Below are positions 23,437-34,102 of a stretch of DNA of 34,102 bases, one piece after another (the stretch's first letter is position 1; the number at the start of each line of letters is the position of its first letter). Both the position numbers and the translations under genes were made by a program. A model generated the notes under the pieces. That model did not search any database and was not told the origin of the DNA. It was given only the letters and a program-made list of their open reading frames with translations. Source of the DNA: Octopus sinensis (taxonomy: Eukaryota); NCBI RefSeq assembly GCF_006345805.1, contig NW_021831902.1, positions 1 to 34,102 of the forward strand, written 5' to 3'.

Positions 23437-23993
23437 ATGTATATATATATATATATATAATGTGTATCGTATATCATACATGGATGTCAAGGAAATATGT
23501 CCTGTGTATCACTCCAATATACAGGACAGGTAAAAGTCAAACATAGAATTCAGTACAGAATTCCCGCCCCCACAAAAAAAAAAAAAAAAACGTAAAATAT
23601 CAAGGGGTGAGATGAATTAAAAATTCCGAAATTTGAACAGCTATTTTTTGGGGGGGGGGGCAAAATCGTAATCTCCGTTGCTGAAAACAGAAATCCAAGG
23701 AAATAAAAAAAAAAAGAGAAAGAAAATGGTGGGAGTGCATATTTGACATGTCTTGCCGTGACATTGCAGACTTGTGTCAATATTTCCACTTTCAATTTGT
23801 GGTTACGAATCGAAAGAATGTTAGGAAAGAATGCAAATAATGACGGTTTGATCGTATAAAACAACCCGTGACGTTCCCGTTATTTCAATCGGATTCACCA
23901 AGTACTCTACTATTGCATTCATATTTAACATGAGCAAAAGCGTGGCTGTTTACTACTTAAATACACCAGATGCTTAGTGAATTAGAACGATTA

Positions 23994-24175
23994 CCGTATT
24001 TAATGGCATAAAAGATGCGCTCCAATTTTAGCAGCGCATATTCTGGAAAAAAGTTCATTTAGCGTTAAAGTATGTAGTATAGGTCACCCAGCTTCGCATG
24101 AAGGACCCGGGACGAGTTTTTGAAACATTTGTTTTGGAGGGTACAAAAAAGCATCTTATACACCATCAAATACGA
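23994..24175. mobile_element. Tc1/mariner-superfamily (pogo/Tigger-like) MITE, 182 bp
   Basis: TIRs CCGTATTTAATGGCATAAAAGATGC / GCATCTTATACACCATCAAATACGA, flanked by TA (23992-23993, 24176-24177). Confidence 0.8.
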
Positions 24176-24196
24176 TAATAACTAATCCTGTTTTTT

Positions 24197-24395
24197 ATTG
24201 GCACTAGGCCTGAAATTTTGGAGGAGGTGTGATAGTCGATTACATTAATTCAAGAGTTCGACTGGTACTTATTTTATCGACTCAGAAAGGGTGAAATCAA
24301 CCTCTGCAGAATTTGAACTCAGAACTTAAAGTCGAAAGAAATGCCGCTAAGTATTTTTATCCAGCGAAGTAGCATTTTGGCCAGGTCGCCGCCTT
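24197..24395 (-). mobile_element. SINE family A
   Basis: Reverse complement of the family consensus. Confidence 0.85.
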
Positions 24396-24419
24396 ATAGC
24401 TACACTAATTAATAATTAT

Positions 24420-24795
24420 TTCAAATTTTTGCCACAAGGGCAGCTTGAGGAAGGTGAGGAGGAGTCGATTATGAAGGTGGCGAGCTGGCAGAAACGTTAG
24501 CACGCCGGGCGAAATGCTTAGCGGTATTTCGTCTGCCGTTACGTTCTGAGCTCAAATCCCGCCGAGGTCGACTTTGCCTTTCATCCTTTCGGGGTCGATA
24601 AATTAAGGACCAGTTACGCACTGGGGTCGATATAATCGACTTAATCCGTATGTCTGTCCTTGTTTGTCTCCTCTGTTTTTAGCCCCTTGTGGGTAGTAAA
24701 GAAACAGATTACATCGACTCCAGTGTTCAACTGTTACTTATTTTATCGATCCCGAAAGGATGAAAGGCAAAGTCAACCTCGGCAGAATTTGAACA
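24420..24795 (-). mobile_element. Older SINE family A copy split by the insertion at 24472-24706
   Basis: Removing the insert restores gagtcgattacatcgactccagtg. Confidence 0.8.
24472..24706 (+). mobile_element. Young full-length SINE family A nested antisense in an older copy
   Basis: TSD GATTA at 24467-24471 and 24707-24711. Intact consensus. Confidence 0.92.
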
Positions 24796-24949
24796 ATAAT
24801 TAATAATGGCATACTTCGTTCTATTCGATTTGGTTGTTGCGAGGATAAGAAGCTTGCCAAAACTCCTGCTAATGATGGATTAAAAAAATTATTTAAAAAG
24901 ATATTAGTTTTGTTTAACCATTTACAATAAATAAATAGTCCTTACTACT

Positions 24950-25382
24950 TTTTGGCACAAAGTTAGCATTTTTGAGGGGAGGGGGAAGTCGGTTGGATCG
25001 ACCCCACTGCTCAACTGTTACTTATTTTATCGACCACGAAATTACGAAAGGCAAAATCGACCTCGGTAGCATTTGAACACATCGTAAAGCTGGGAAAAAT
25101 GATGCTAAGCATTTTCCCCGGCGTGCTAACGAGTCGGCCAACTTGCCACCCTGTTAATTAATAGCTCTTTTTACTTTTTGGTACAAGGCCAGCAAATTTG
25201 AGCGGGGAGGGGTATGACAACAACCTCGATCCCATTGATCAACAGGTACCTATTTTATCGATCCCGAAAGAATGAAAGGCAAAAGCGACCACACCAACAT
25301 TTGAACTCAGAACGTAAAGAGTCTCAAGAAATGCTGCAAACATTCTGTTCCGCGCGGTAACGCTTCTGCCAACTCACTGCCC
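24950..25382 (-). mobile_element. Two tandem SINE family A copies (24950-25150, 25180-25382)
   Basis: Each has ttttatcga(c/t)c.cgaaa...aaggcaaa...atttgaac and an A-box end. Confidence 0.85.
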
Positions 25383-25589
25383 TAATCACAACAGATAAGT
25401 AATATAATAGCACGTTCACGACATTTGACAATGAAGAATTTCACTACTCTGTGACCCCTGGAAAGGAAATAGCACTTATAAATTATTTACTTCCAAACGG
25501 ATATAGTCATTCTGGAAATACATTGTCTTTCAAGATTCTGTTTTAACCCTTACTATTCTATATGGAATTTCGAATCTATTAGACGAATA

Positions 25590-25627
25590 TATATACAAAG
25601 CATTCATCTATATACAAAGCATTCATC
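25590..25627. repeat. Perfect 19-bp tandem duplication TATATACAAAGCATTCATC x2
   Basis: Seen directly. Confidence 0.95.
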
Positions 25628-26104
25628 AGATAAAAGAATATGTACCCAACTGGAATGCGATAGACACGAGGTTTGAGATTTGAACCTGTTCTTTCTTCAC
25701 GCCAAGATTAGATAATGCTCATCAGCGTCTTATAATCATTTACACCCAACATACACAAGATTTAGAAAGAATTACAGTTTTAGATAAATTGACATAGAGA
25801 TCGGTGTTGAAATAATATGTATGTATTTACGTACACACAAAGATATAATTTTATACAGATATATATATATATATATATATATAGGTATTAAGATAGTGGC
25901 GAAGTTTCGGAATAACTATCACTAATTCATGGAGAAGGAAACGGGAGGGGATTGGATGGCTTCTCCCCAACTTCATTTTAAAGATCTTTAGTAAATAGGG
26001 GAACTTTTTTTTCCAAAGTTTTCAATTTTTAACATTGTTGTCCACCTGTTCCCTGTCCTTTTCATTCCTCTTGAGAAAATGATAGTTCTATCAATATAAA
26101 TACG

Positions 26105-26117
26105 CACACACACACAC

Positions 26118-26174
<57 letters not shown>

Positions 26175-26208
26175 CATATACATACATATACATACATATA
26201 TTACATAC

Positions 26209-26239
<31 letters not shown>

Positions 26240-26312
26240 CATATACATACATATATATACATACATATACATACATATATATACATACATATACATACAT
26301 ATATATACATAC

Positions 26313-26347
<35 letters not shown>

Positions 26348-26503
26348 CATACATATACATACATATATATACATACACATATATACATACACATATATAC
26401 ATACACATATATACATACACATATATACATACAATATATATATATACATATATATACATACATATATATACATATATATATATTTATATGTATATATATA
26501 TAT
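26105..26503. repeat. Compound (TA)n/(TACA)n microsatellite, ~400 bp
   Basis: Seen directly. Confidence 0.97.
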
Positions 26504-26564
26504 AAACTCTCAAGCACACATAGATACAGGACATACATAATAATTTATACAAGCATATATTTAC

Positions 26565-26897
26565 CAGAAGACGAAGCGGTTCCACCAACAATCTGCAGGA
26601 ACAGACAGCACCACCAAAAAATGTTAAATGTTAAAAAATACCCGAACCACGGATGCAATGATTTTGACCTCGTCACAGTTCTTGGCAAAATGTTTCCAGT
26701 GCTTATTCGAAAAACTTTAATCCCAAGTGTAATTTCTAATAGGTAACAACTCAACAGTTAACAAATTACCGAAACAAAGAAAAAACGAGGCTAAGCAAAG
26801 AGAAGACAAAAAGAAAAAGGGTAGGTAAGGAGGTGTGGAAGACGACAGGTAAAATTTGAATAAAAAAAGAACATGAAATACGAAAGAGAGAAGAACT
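26565..26897 (-). other. Candidate first (5' UTR) exon of the minus-strand transcript
   Basis: Inr-like TCAGTT (26899-26894), donor CTG|GTAAAT (GT at 26564-26563), unique pyrimidine-rich sequence with only one ATG. Confidence 0.4.
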
Positions 26898-27290
26898 GAA
26901 AGAGAGAGAGAGAGAGAGAGAGAGAGAAGACTTAGAAGTAGGCGGAGATGAAACAAGATTAATTATTCCCCACTCTAACAGTAGCCCTGAAATCAAGAGT
27001 ATTTTCCTTGTCTTTTGTACTTTTTGTGCGTTAAATACCTTTTATAAAAGTATAAAAATGAACAACAATAACCAACTACAAGCGGATTATGTGTGTATGT
27101 GTGTGTGAGATATCTACACATATATACTCACATATACATACCTATGTATGCATGTATGTATGTGTATATTTAATTTTGGCGCCTAACAATTACTTTGATT
27201 CATGACCGGTGTCATCACGTGACTGGTTGGGTGGTGGGAGACGGGGGGCGGGCGGGGGGAAGTGTAAGAAGTGGGGAGTCGGAGGCCGTA
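26894..27290 (-). promoter_or_regulatory. Candidate promoter: Inr, (GA)n, E-box TCACGTGAC (~27216) and GC boxes GGGGCGGGC (~27245-27255)
   Basis: Motif cluster in the only transposon-free, locally GC-richer island. Motif evidence only. Confidence 0.4.
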
Positions 27291-27784
27291 GAAAATGCAC
27301 AAAACAACTAAAAAAACGAAAATGGCTTTTTTTTTCAAATATATTATTTGTTTTTTGCTTAAAATACTCTCCCTTCTCCCCCCCTACTTACTCGCAATCG
27401 TTCATTAAACACCCCCACTTCTCCTCCTACTCACAATCCTCTTATTTTCCCACCCCCTTCTCTCCTCTTCTCCTTTCCCAGTCCATCATCGCCTTCTTAC
27501 ACCGTTTCAACTCCCCGCCTATTAACTTTTCAGTAGTAGCTGGACTAAAGATAGAGGCGGTGGTGGTGGTGGTGATGGTAGTGATGGTGGTGGTGGTGGT
27601 GGCGGTGGTGTCAGGTAACGTGATTAGGTAGAGAAGGATGGCACGAGGTTTGACGAGGTAAAACCGTACAAGATGAGCTCACGTCTTACACCTTACCTCC
27701 CCACCTCCTACTTTTCACCCACCCCAACACCAAATTTCTAATTCGCCTCTTCTTGCTCGGCTCATTTCATACAGTCACCTTACA

Positions 27785-27816
27785 ACACACACACACACAC
27801 ACACACGTATATACGT

Positions 27817-27863
<47 letters not shown>

Positions 27864-27893
27864 ATATATATATATACATACATACATACATAT

Positions 27894-27927
<34 letters not shown>

Positions 27928-27945
27928 ATATATATATATATGTGT
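27785..27945. repeat. (CA)n/(TACA)n/(TA)n microsatellite
   Basis: Seen directly. Confidence 0.97.
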
Positions 27946-28253
27946 ACAATACAAGTATGTGTGAACAGACAAATACATCGATAGATAGATAAATAGGCAG
28001 AGAGGCGAAAGTATTTAGTGTTTTAAGTAAAGAAATATTTGGCGATCACGTGAGTAGCAAGAAAAAGATTTTGGTTTTAAGATTTGTCCAAATTTCTTCA
28101 TAAGACCAAATACACACACATATATACTGAATTTATTAATTAATATGCTACATTGTGATTAATTAATTTCATTGCAAGACGTATAATATGCGTGTATATG
28201 TATGTATGTAACATAGGATTGAAATTGTGTCTACGTATGTATGTGTGCCCATA

Positions 28254-28321
28254 TATCTATATCTACATGTACGTACGTACGTACGTACCTACCTACCTAC
28301 CTACGTATGTATGTATGTATG

Positions 28322-28352
<31 letters not shown>

Positions 28353-28571
28353 TGTATGTATGTATGTATGTATGTATGCATGCATGTATGTATGCATGCA
28401 TGTATGTATGTATGTATGTATGTATGTATGCATGCATGCATGCATGCATGCATGTATGTATGTATGTATGTATGTAATGTATGTATGTATGTATGTATGT
28501 ATGTATGTATGCATGCATGTATGTATGTATGTATGTATGTATGTATGTATGTATGTATGTATGTATGTATG

Positions 28572-28610
<39 letters not shown>

Positions 28611-28622
28611 TTGTCAATCTAT
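28254..28622. repeat. (TACG)/(TACC)/(TATG)n/(CATG)n/(TCTA)n tetranucleotide array
   Basis: Seen directly. Confidence 0.97.
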
Positions 28623-29102
28623 GAGGGCAGCAAAAGAACCAACAACCGGGTTAAAAGCAGGAGTGGTGTTTTGAAATCTCACCACTCTGAAGAAATCAGC
28701 CAAATAAGAAAATTGTGGAAAAGATAGAAAATGACGGTGGTGCTCCAGCATGACCGCGGCTGCAAGCAGAGACACAGACACCCTCTCGGCCAGCGACACG
28801 TATTCGAACAACAAAGACCACTAAGGGTGCATTCAACACCATATACCATAAGTTCTTGATTTATTGAAATTATCTCCCCTTCCAAAGAAGGTAGAACAAT
28901 CGCTCGGTGTTATTTGGGACCAATCCCAGATGAGAAAGTGAGATAATTTCAAGAAAAAAGAATTTTTCCAAAATTGTCATCCCATTAAGGACAAGAGAGA
29001 CAGACGTGACATGAGAATAAGAAATGTAGATGAGAATAAAATATTACATTTAAATTTAAAGATTAAAGAAATTGAATTTATGAATTGAGTAAATGATTTT
29101 AT

Positions 29103-29134
<32 letters not shown>

Positions 29135-29135
29135 C

Positions 29136-29210
<75 letters not shown>

Positions 29211-29336
29211 GTCTGTCTGTTTGTCTGTCTGTCTGCCTGTCTGCCTGCCTGTCTGTCTATGTATGTATGCATGCATGCACGTATGTATATATATATATAT
29301 ATATATTGTATGTATGTATGTGTGTATGTATGTGTG

Positions 29337-29382
<46 letters not shown>

Positions 29383-29402
29383 CTATCTATCTATCTATCT
29401 AT
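29103..29402. repeat. (TCAA)n/(TCTA)n/(TCTG)n/(TATG)n array
   Basis: Seen directly. Confidence 0.97.
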
Positions 29403-29820
<418 letters not shown>

Positions 29821-29835
29821 ATTAAAAAATATATA

Positions 29836-30317
29836 CGTGGGGTGTTCCAGAAGCTTGAAATGTTTTGAGGAGGGGCAGTTATATCTGTCCTAGATTATTG
29901 TAATTTTAAAATACCATCACTACACATCTGATAAGCTGACCTGCTAACTTTTTATTCCAGATTGAAGGAGAGAAACACACCCTAGTAATCACTGCTTGTC
30001 ACAGCCTATTAAACATTGCTTGTCACAATTCCATCCTGATGATGAACAACTTGTCAGAGAAGGGCATCAAAACTGAATCCCACACTCCCTACAGTACACA
30101 CCTTGATCCTTGTAAGTTTTGGTTGTTCCCCGAGCTAAAGGAGAACCCCAGGGGCAGTCGTTTTGAAGATACTGAGAAAATAAAGGAGGCTGTGACAAAG
30201 ATTCTTGATGCCTTCACGTTGGAGGACTTCTACGATGGCGATTAAAATTGTGTACTTCTGTGAAATCAATAACTGTCTTGCCTGAAAAAAGTCTCAAAAC
30301 TTCTGGAATGTTCTTCG
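29836..30317 (+). mobile_element. Internally deleted mariner element with TIRs
   Basis: Imperfect TIRs cgtggggtgttccagaagcttgaa / ctcaaaacttctggaatgttcttcg, TA on both sides. Residual ORF 30039-30245 HTPYSTHLDPCKFWLFPELKENPRGSRFED resembles mariner HPPYSPDLAPCDFWLFPKLK. Confidence 0.85.
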
Positions 30318-30876
30318 TATGAATATCCTGAAACCCTGCATGGATGGTTTTAGGATATCAAAGCTAAAGGAGAAGAAGTCTCAATTTCATAGTGAAGCTT
30401 TGAAACACTTCATCGTGACTCCTTTAAAACAAATATTATATATTATATATATATATTGCATATATTACAGAGTCGACTGAGATTAGAAATCTTAATGTAA
30501 GAATCAGTGAGGAATCTGGAACCTACACTATATTACTAAAATAAGCAACAACGTAGAATGGTGACCGGTAGAGTGGGTTCTGAAAGCATTTAGAATAAGA
30601 TGAATTAATGATAGTTGTAAAAGAAAACACATGTTCATAGCCGTATATATTGTTGCTCCTATCTGTGACTCGATGATTGTAAAACTCACTCCAGATTTGA
30701 AGCTAAATCTTAACTGTGTAATTTCCTGGACAATTAATTGTGAAGAATCAACAAAAGATGCAGATGTGGACCGTAATGTTATAGATTTCCGATAACCAAA
30801 AACAAGACAAAGGATGCAAATGAATTGGTAGTCTTTCTCCAGATGGTTCGAATCGGTTTGAAAATTTGTCTAGACA

Positions 30877-30880
<4 letters not shown>

Positions 30881-30919
<39 letters not shown>

Positions 30920-31015
30920 TATGTGTATGTATATATGTATGTATGTAAGTGTAATTTCAAGTATCTATATATATATATATATATACATACATACATACAT
31001 ACATATATGCATACA

Positions 31016-31071
<56 letters not shown>

Positions 31072-31183
31072 GAATATATGTATATATATAATTATTATAT
31101 ATATGAATACCTATATATATATATATATATATATATCTATATATAATATGAATATTATATTTGTGTATATAGTATATATACAT

Positions 31184-31228
<45 letters not shown>

Positions 31229-31520
31229 ATATATATATAGATGTATTATAATATATATATGCATGTATATATGCATGTGTGTGTATGTGCATGTTTGAAT
31301 ATGTATTTGTATTTATATATATATATATGTATGTGTATAAATATATATATATATATATATATGAATATATATATATGTATATATGTATATATACATTCAT
31401 ATATATATATATATAGATATATATTATGTGTGTGTATGTGTGTGTGTGCATGTATATATGCATGCGTGTGTATGGGCATGTTTTGAATATGTATTTGTAT
31501 TTATATATATATATGTATGT

Positions 31521-31556
<36 letters not shown>

Positions 31557-31590
31557 ATATATGTATGTATGCATGTATGCATGTATAGAT
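30881..31590. repeat. Large compound (CA)/(TA)/(TATG) microsatellite with a higher-order ~187-bp repeat
   Basis: gcatgtatatatgcatg...gcatgtttgaatatgtatttgtattt occurs at 31261 and 31448. Confidence 0.95.
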
Positions 31591-31884
31591 ATTTAGGTAT
31601 GTGTGAGCATGCTTACACACCACAAACATGTAGGCACATGACATACTTAGATACCAATTAAATAAGGATTAGAGAAGATAAACTACTACAAAGGGCTTTA
31701 CAAAAACCCTCCTTAATCTCCCCCAACCCTTAGTCTCCTGTCTCTTACCCTATCCCCGTCCTACCCGCCATCCTTTAGTCTTCTCACCTCCTTTTCATAC
31801 CCCTCTCCTTCTATTTTCACTAAGTTCGCGAAAATATTATAAGACGCAAACCTAATCCATAGTTATGTACAGAACAATACTGAT

Positions 31885-32580
31885 GGAGTGGGGGTGATGG
31901 TAGTAGTGGAGGTGGTGACGGTAGTGGTGATGGTGATGATAGTGATTGTGGTGGTGATGGTGGTGGTGATAGTGGTGGTGGTGGAGGGATAGTGGTGGTG
32001 GTGGTAGTGGCGGTGTTGGTGGCGGCGGTGGTGGTGATATTTGTGGTGGTTGCGATGATGTTGGTGACGGTGGTGATGGTGGTAGTGGTGGTGGTGATGG
32101 TAGTAGTAGCAGTAATAGTAGGAATGGTTGTGATATTGGTGGCTTTTGTAGTTGTAGTAGTGGTAGCAGTGGTGCTGGTGGTGGTGATGGTAGTAGTAGT
32201 TGTAGCAGTAGTAGTAGTAGTAGTCATAGCAGCAACAGTAGTAATGTTTGTTGTGATCATGATGGCTATTGTAGTAGTAGTAGTAGTAGTAGTAGCAGTG
32301 GCAGCAGCAACAGTAGTAGCAGTAGTAATGGTAGTCGTGGTAGTAACAGTGGTGGGGGTGTTGGTAGTGGTATTGATGGTGGTGCTAATAGTAGTAGCAG
32401 CAGAGGCATCGTCATCATTATCATTATCATCACCACCACCACCATCATCATCATCATCAATCATCATCATTATCATCATAAATCCTCATCAATCCTCATC
32501 ATCATTATCATCATCACCATCAGGAGTAGTAGTAGCAGTAGTATTAGTATTAGTAGTAGTAGTAGTATTGGTGGTCGTTG
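31885..32580. repeat. Degenerate trinucleotide tract (GGT/GAT/AGT, then TCA/CCA)
   Basis: Seen directly. Several frames are open simultaneously. Confidence 0.95.
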
Positions 32581-32709
32581 CTTGTTTGTGTTTGCTCATC
32601 ATGTGTTGCTAAACCTAATCTTAATCCTGATCCAGCCTCCCTGGGATCAAAGAAATAGCAGCCATACACGCACCTTCCCTTTTCATGTTATTTTACTGTT
32701 GTTTCTTCT

Positions 32710-33078
32710 TGTATTTGTTTCAGTCGTCTGAACTGCGGCCATACTGGGGCATCTCATTGAAGTGTTTAGTGGAACAAATCAAGTCTGGTGGTAATTTACT
32801 CTTCACCGAACCACCGTGTTGTAGGGGATGTAAACACACTAACACCGCTTGTTAAGCAGTGCAGGATTAAAAAAAAACAAACTCAAAGTTTCATGCACAC
32901 ATTTATATACACGACGGGTTTCCACACAGTTTCCATCTACCAAATTCACTCACAAGGTATTGGTCGACTCGGGCCTATAACAGAAGACACTTGACCAAGG
33001 TGCCGCATAGTGGGATTGAACGCAGAACCCGCGTGGCTGCAAAGCGAGCTTCTTAGCCATATAGCCATGCAAGCGCCT
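32710..33078 (-). mobile_element. SINE family B, older copy
   Basis: tgtttcagtc...gcggccatactgggg...ctaccaaattcactcacaagg...agccacatagccatgc. Confidence 0.85.
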
Positions 33079-33178
33079 ATTGATTATTGTTCATATAGTA
33101 CGGGGTACATAGCCTACCTTGGACTACACTATCTAATGTATCTTGTTTTATATGGAAACTCGATTATCTTATATTGTA

Positions 33179-33315
33179 TTCTGCTAGTTCTTTGATTTCA
33201 CGCTGATGCCAGTTCTTGTCCTTCGAGGCGAAGAACTCCTTCACAGAAGCTTCCATCTCCTCAGGGTTGATGAAGTGCCGCGTGTGCCAGAGGTGTGCCA
33301 TGGAACGGAACAAGG
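33179..33315 (-). pseudogene. Mariner transposase C-terminal fragment
   Basis: LFRSMAHLWHTRHFINPEEMEASVKEFFASKDKNWHQREIKELAE resembles Mos1-type DYHLFRSM...FFASK...GI..L.ERW. Confidence 0.85.
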
Positions 33316-33527
33316 GCTAAACACAGAGGGAACAAACAAGGACAGACAAAGGGATTAGGTCGATTACATCGACCCCAGTGCGTAACTGGTACTTAATTTA
33401 TCGACCCCGAAAGGATGAAAGGCAAAGTCGACCTCGGCGGAATTTGAGCTCAGAACGTAACGGCAGACGAAATACCGCTAAGCATTTCGCCCGGCGAGCT
33501 AACGTTTCTGCCAGCTCGTCGCCTTCA
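33310..33527 (-). mobile_element. SINE family A copy lacking its terminal tail
   Basis: Close reverse complement of 24472-24690. It shares the GAGCTC variant and a 17-bp 5' flank with that copy. Confidence 0.92.
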
Positions 33528-33544
33528 TAATCGACTCCTCCTCA

Positions 33545-33861
33545 AAGGGGATATTTTTTACGCAGTCCTGATAAGCATAAGCAGTGGTTTAAACAATAGC
33601 CAGTTTCCGGAACCTGTCGTCAAACATGGGTGCTCCGAACACAATGTGATGCTCTGTGGCTAGTGGAATTATGAAGAGAAAATTCACAACGAGTTCGTTC
33701 CGTACGGTCGAAGCATCGATGTCAACCTGTATTTCGAACTGATGAAGTAGATGTATAATATTGTGCGGCAAAAATATCTAGCATTGATTAACAGAAAGCG
33801 AGCTCTCAGCGTCCCGGAATAATCTCCAGAACTGATGTCACACCCAGCTTATAGTCCAGCC
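33545..33861 (+). pseudogene. Mariner transposase catalytic-domain fragment (frameshifts, stops, HDNA region deleted)
   Basis: K(W)IF..SPDKHKQW / PEPVVK...VMLCG*WNYEEKIHNEFVPYGRSIDVNLY...KYLALINRKRAL / ELMSHPAYSP. Confidence 0.85.
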
Positions 33862-33868
33862 TCTCTCC

Positions 33869-33924
<56 letters not shown>

Positions 33925-33951
33925 GGTGTGTGTGAGCCTATATATATATAG

Positions 33952-33994
<43 letters not shown>

Positions 33995-34030
33995 TACATA
34001 TATATATATATATACTATATATATATATAT
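33869..34030. repeat. (TA)n microsatellite
   Basis: Seen directly. Confidence 0.97.
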
Positions 34031-34102
34031 TTTTTTTTGTTGAAATGGAAAGATGAATTTTCTTGTTACAGATTATTCAAAAGTTTTAACCGATACCTGG
34101 GT

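Noticed and set aside
23560-23730. Strong minus-strand acceptor-like tract at ~23683
   Set aside because: Followed by homopolymer and repeat-derived sequence with no exon-like content or donor.
25925-26075. Possible hAT-like MITE starting CATGGAGAAGGAAAC
   Set aside because: Right TIR and TSD not recognisable.
26545-26754. Signal-peptide-like ORF ([22 protein letters not shown])
   Set aside because: No ATG start. Direct splicing to the 1700 exon gives a stop after three codons. Hydrophobicity is expected from T-rich UTR sequence.
27650-27672. Hammerhead-like TTGACGA-GGT-AAA-ACC-GTAC
   Set aside because: Three core mismatches and no stem III or stem I; likely chance.
31700-31860. Telomere-like CCCTAA resemblance
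   Set aside because: No consecutive exact units; just C/T-rich low complexity.
31820-32612. Thr-rich mucin-like (219 aa) and Val-rich (206 aa) ORFs
   Set aside because: Degenerate trinucleotide repeat open in several frames on both strands, with no signal peptide, splice context or unique domain.

Overview
Eukaryotic, AT-rich, repeat-dense, largely non-coding DNA, most consistent with an octopus (coleoid cephalopod) genome. That assignment is inferred from the SINE families and the microsatellite load. There is no intact protein-coding gene, rRNA, genuine tRNA or CRISPR array, and almost all ORFs in the track are microsatellite or SINE artefacts. Supported content: (i) more than 30 SINE copies from 4-5 families; (ii) a 5'-truncated L1/Tx1-type LINE (zf-RVT CCHC domain plus 3' UTR) and a second copy of its 3' UTR embedded in a (TCTA)n array; (iii) mariner transposase relics, one with TIRs and TA target duplication and one broken into two oppositely oriented halves; (iv) several MITEs and a ~240-bp foldback palindrome; (v) two decayed Penelope-type minimal hammerhead ribozyme motifs; (vi) a plausible minus-strand spliced transcript (promoter and first exon at ~26.9-26.6 kb, ~25-kb intron, terminal exon at 1.7-1.17 kb with a 57-aa small ORF). 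I do not see a multi-gene novel system. The best leads are the possibly GATA-repeat-targeting Tx1 LINE, the templated-insertion/inversion scar at 33.2-33.9 kb, the hammerhead relics and the lncRNA/smORF candidate. All alignments were done by eye.
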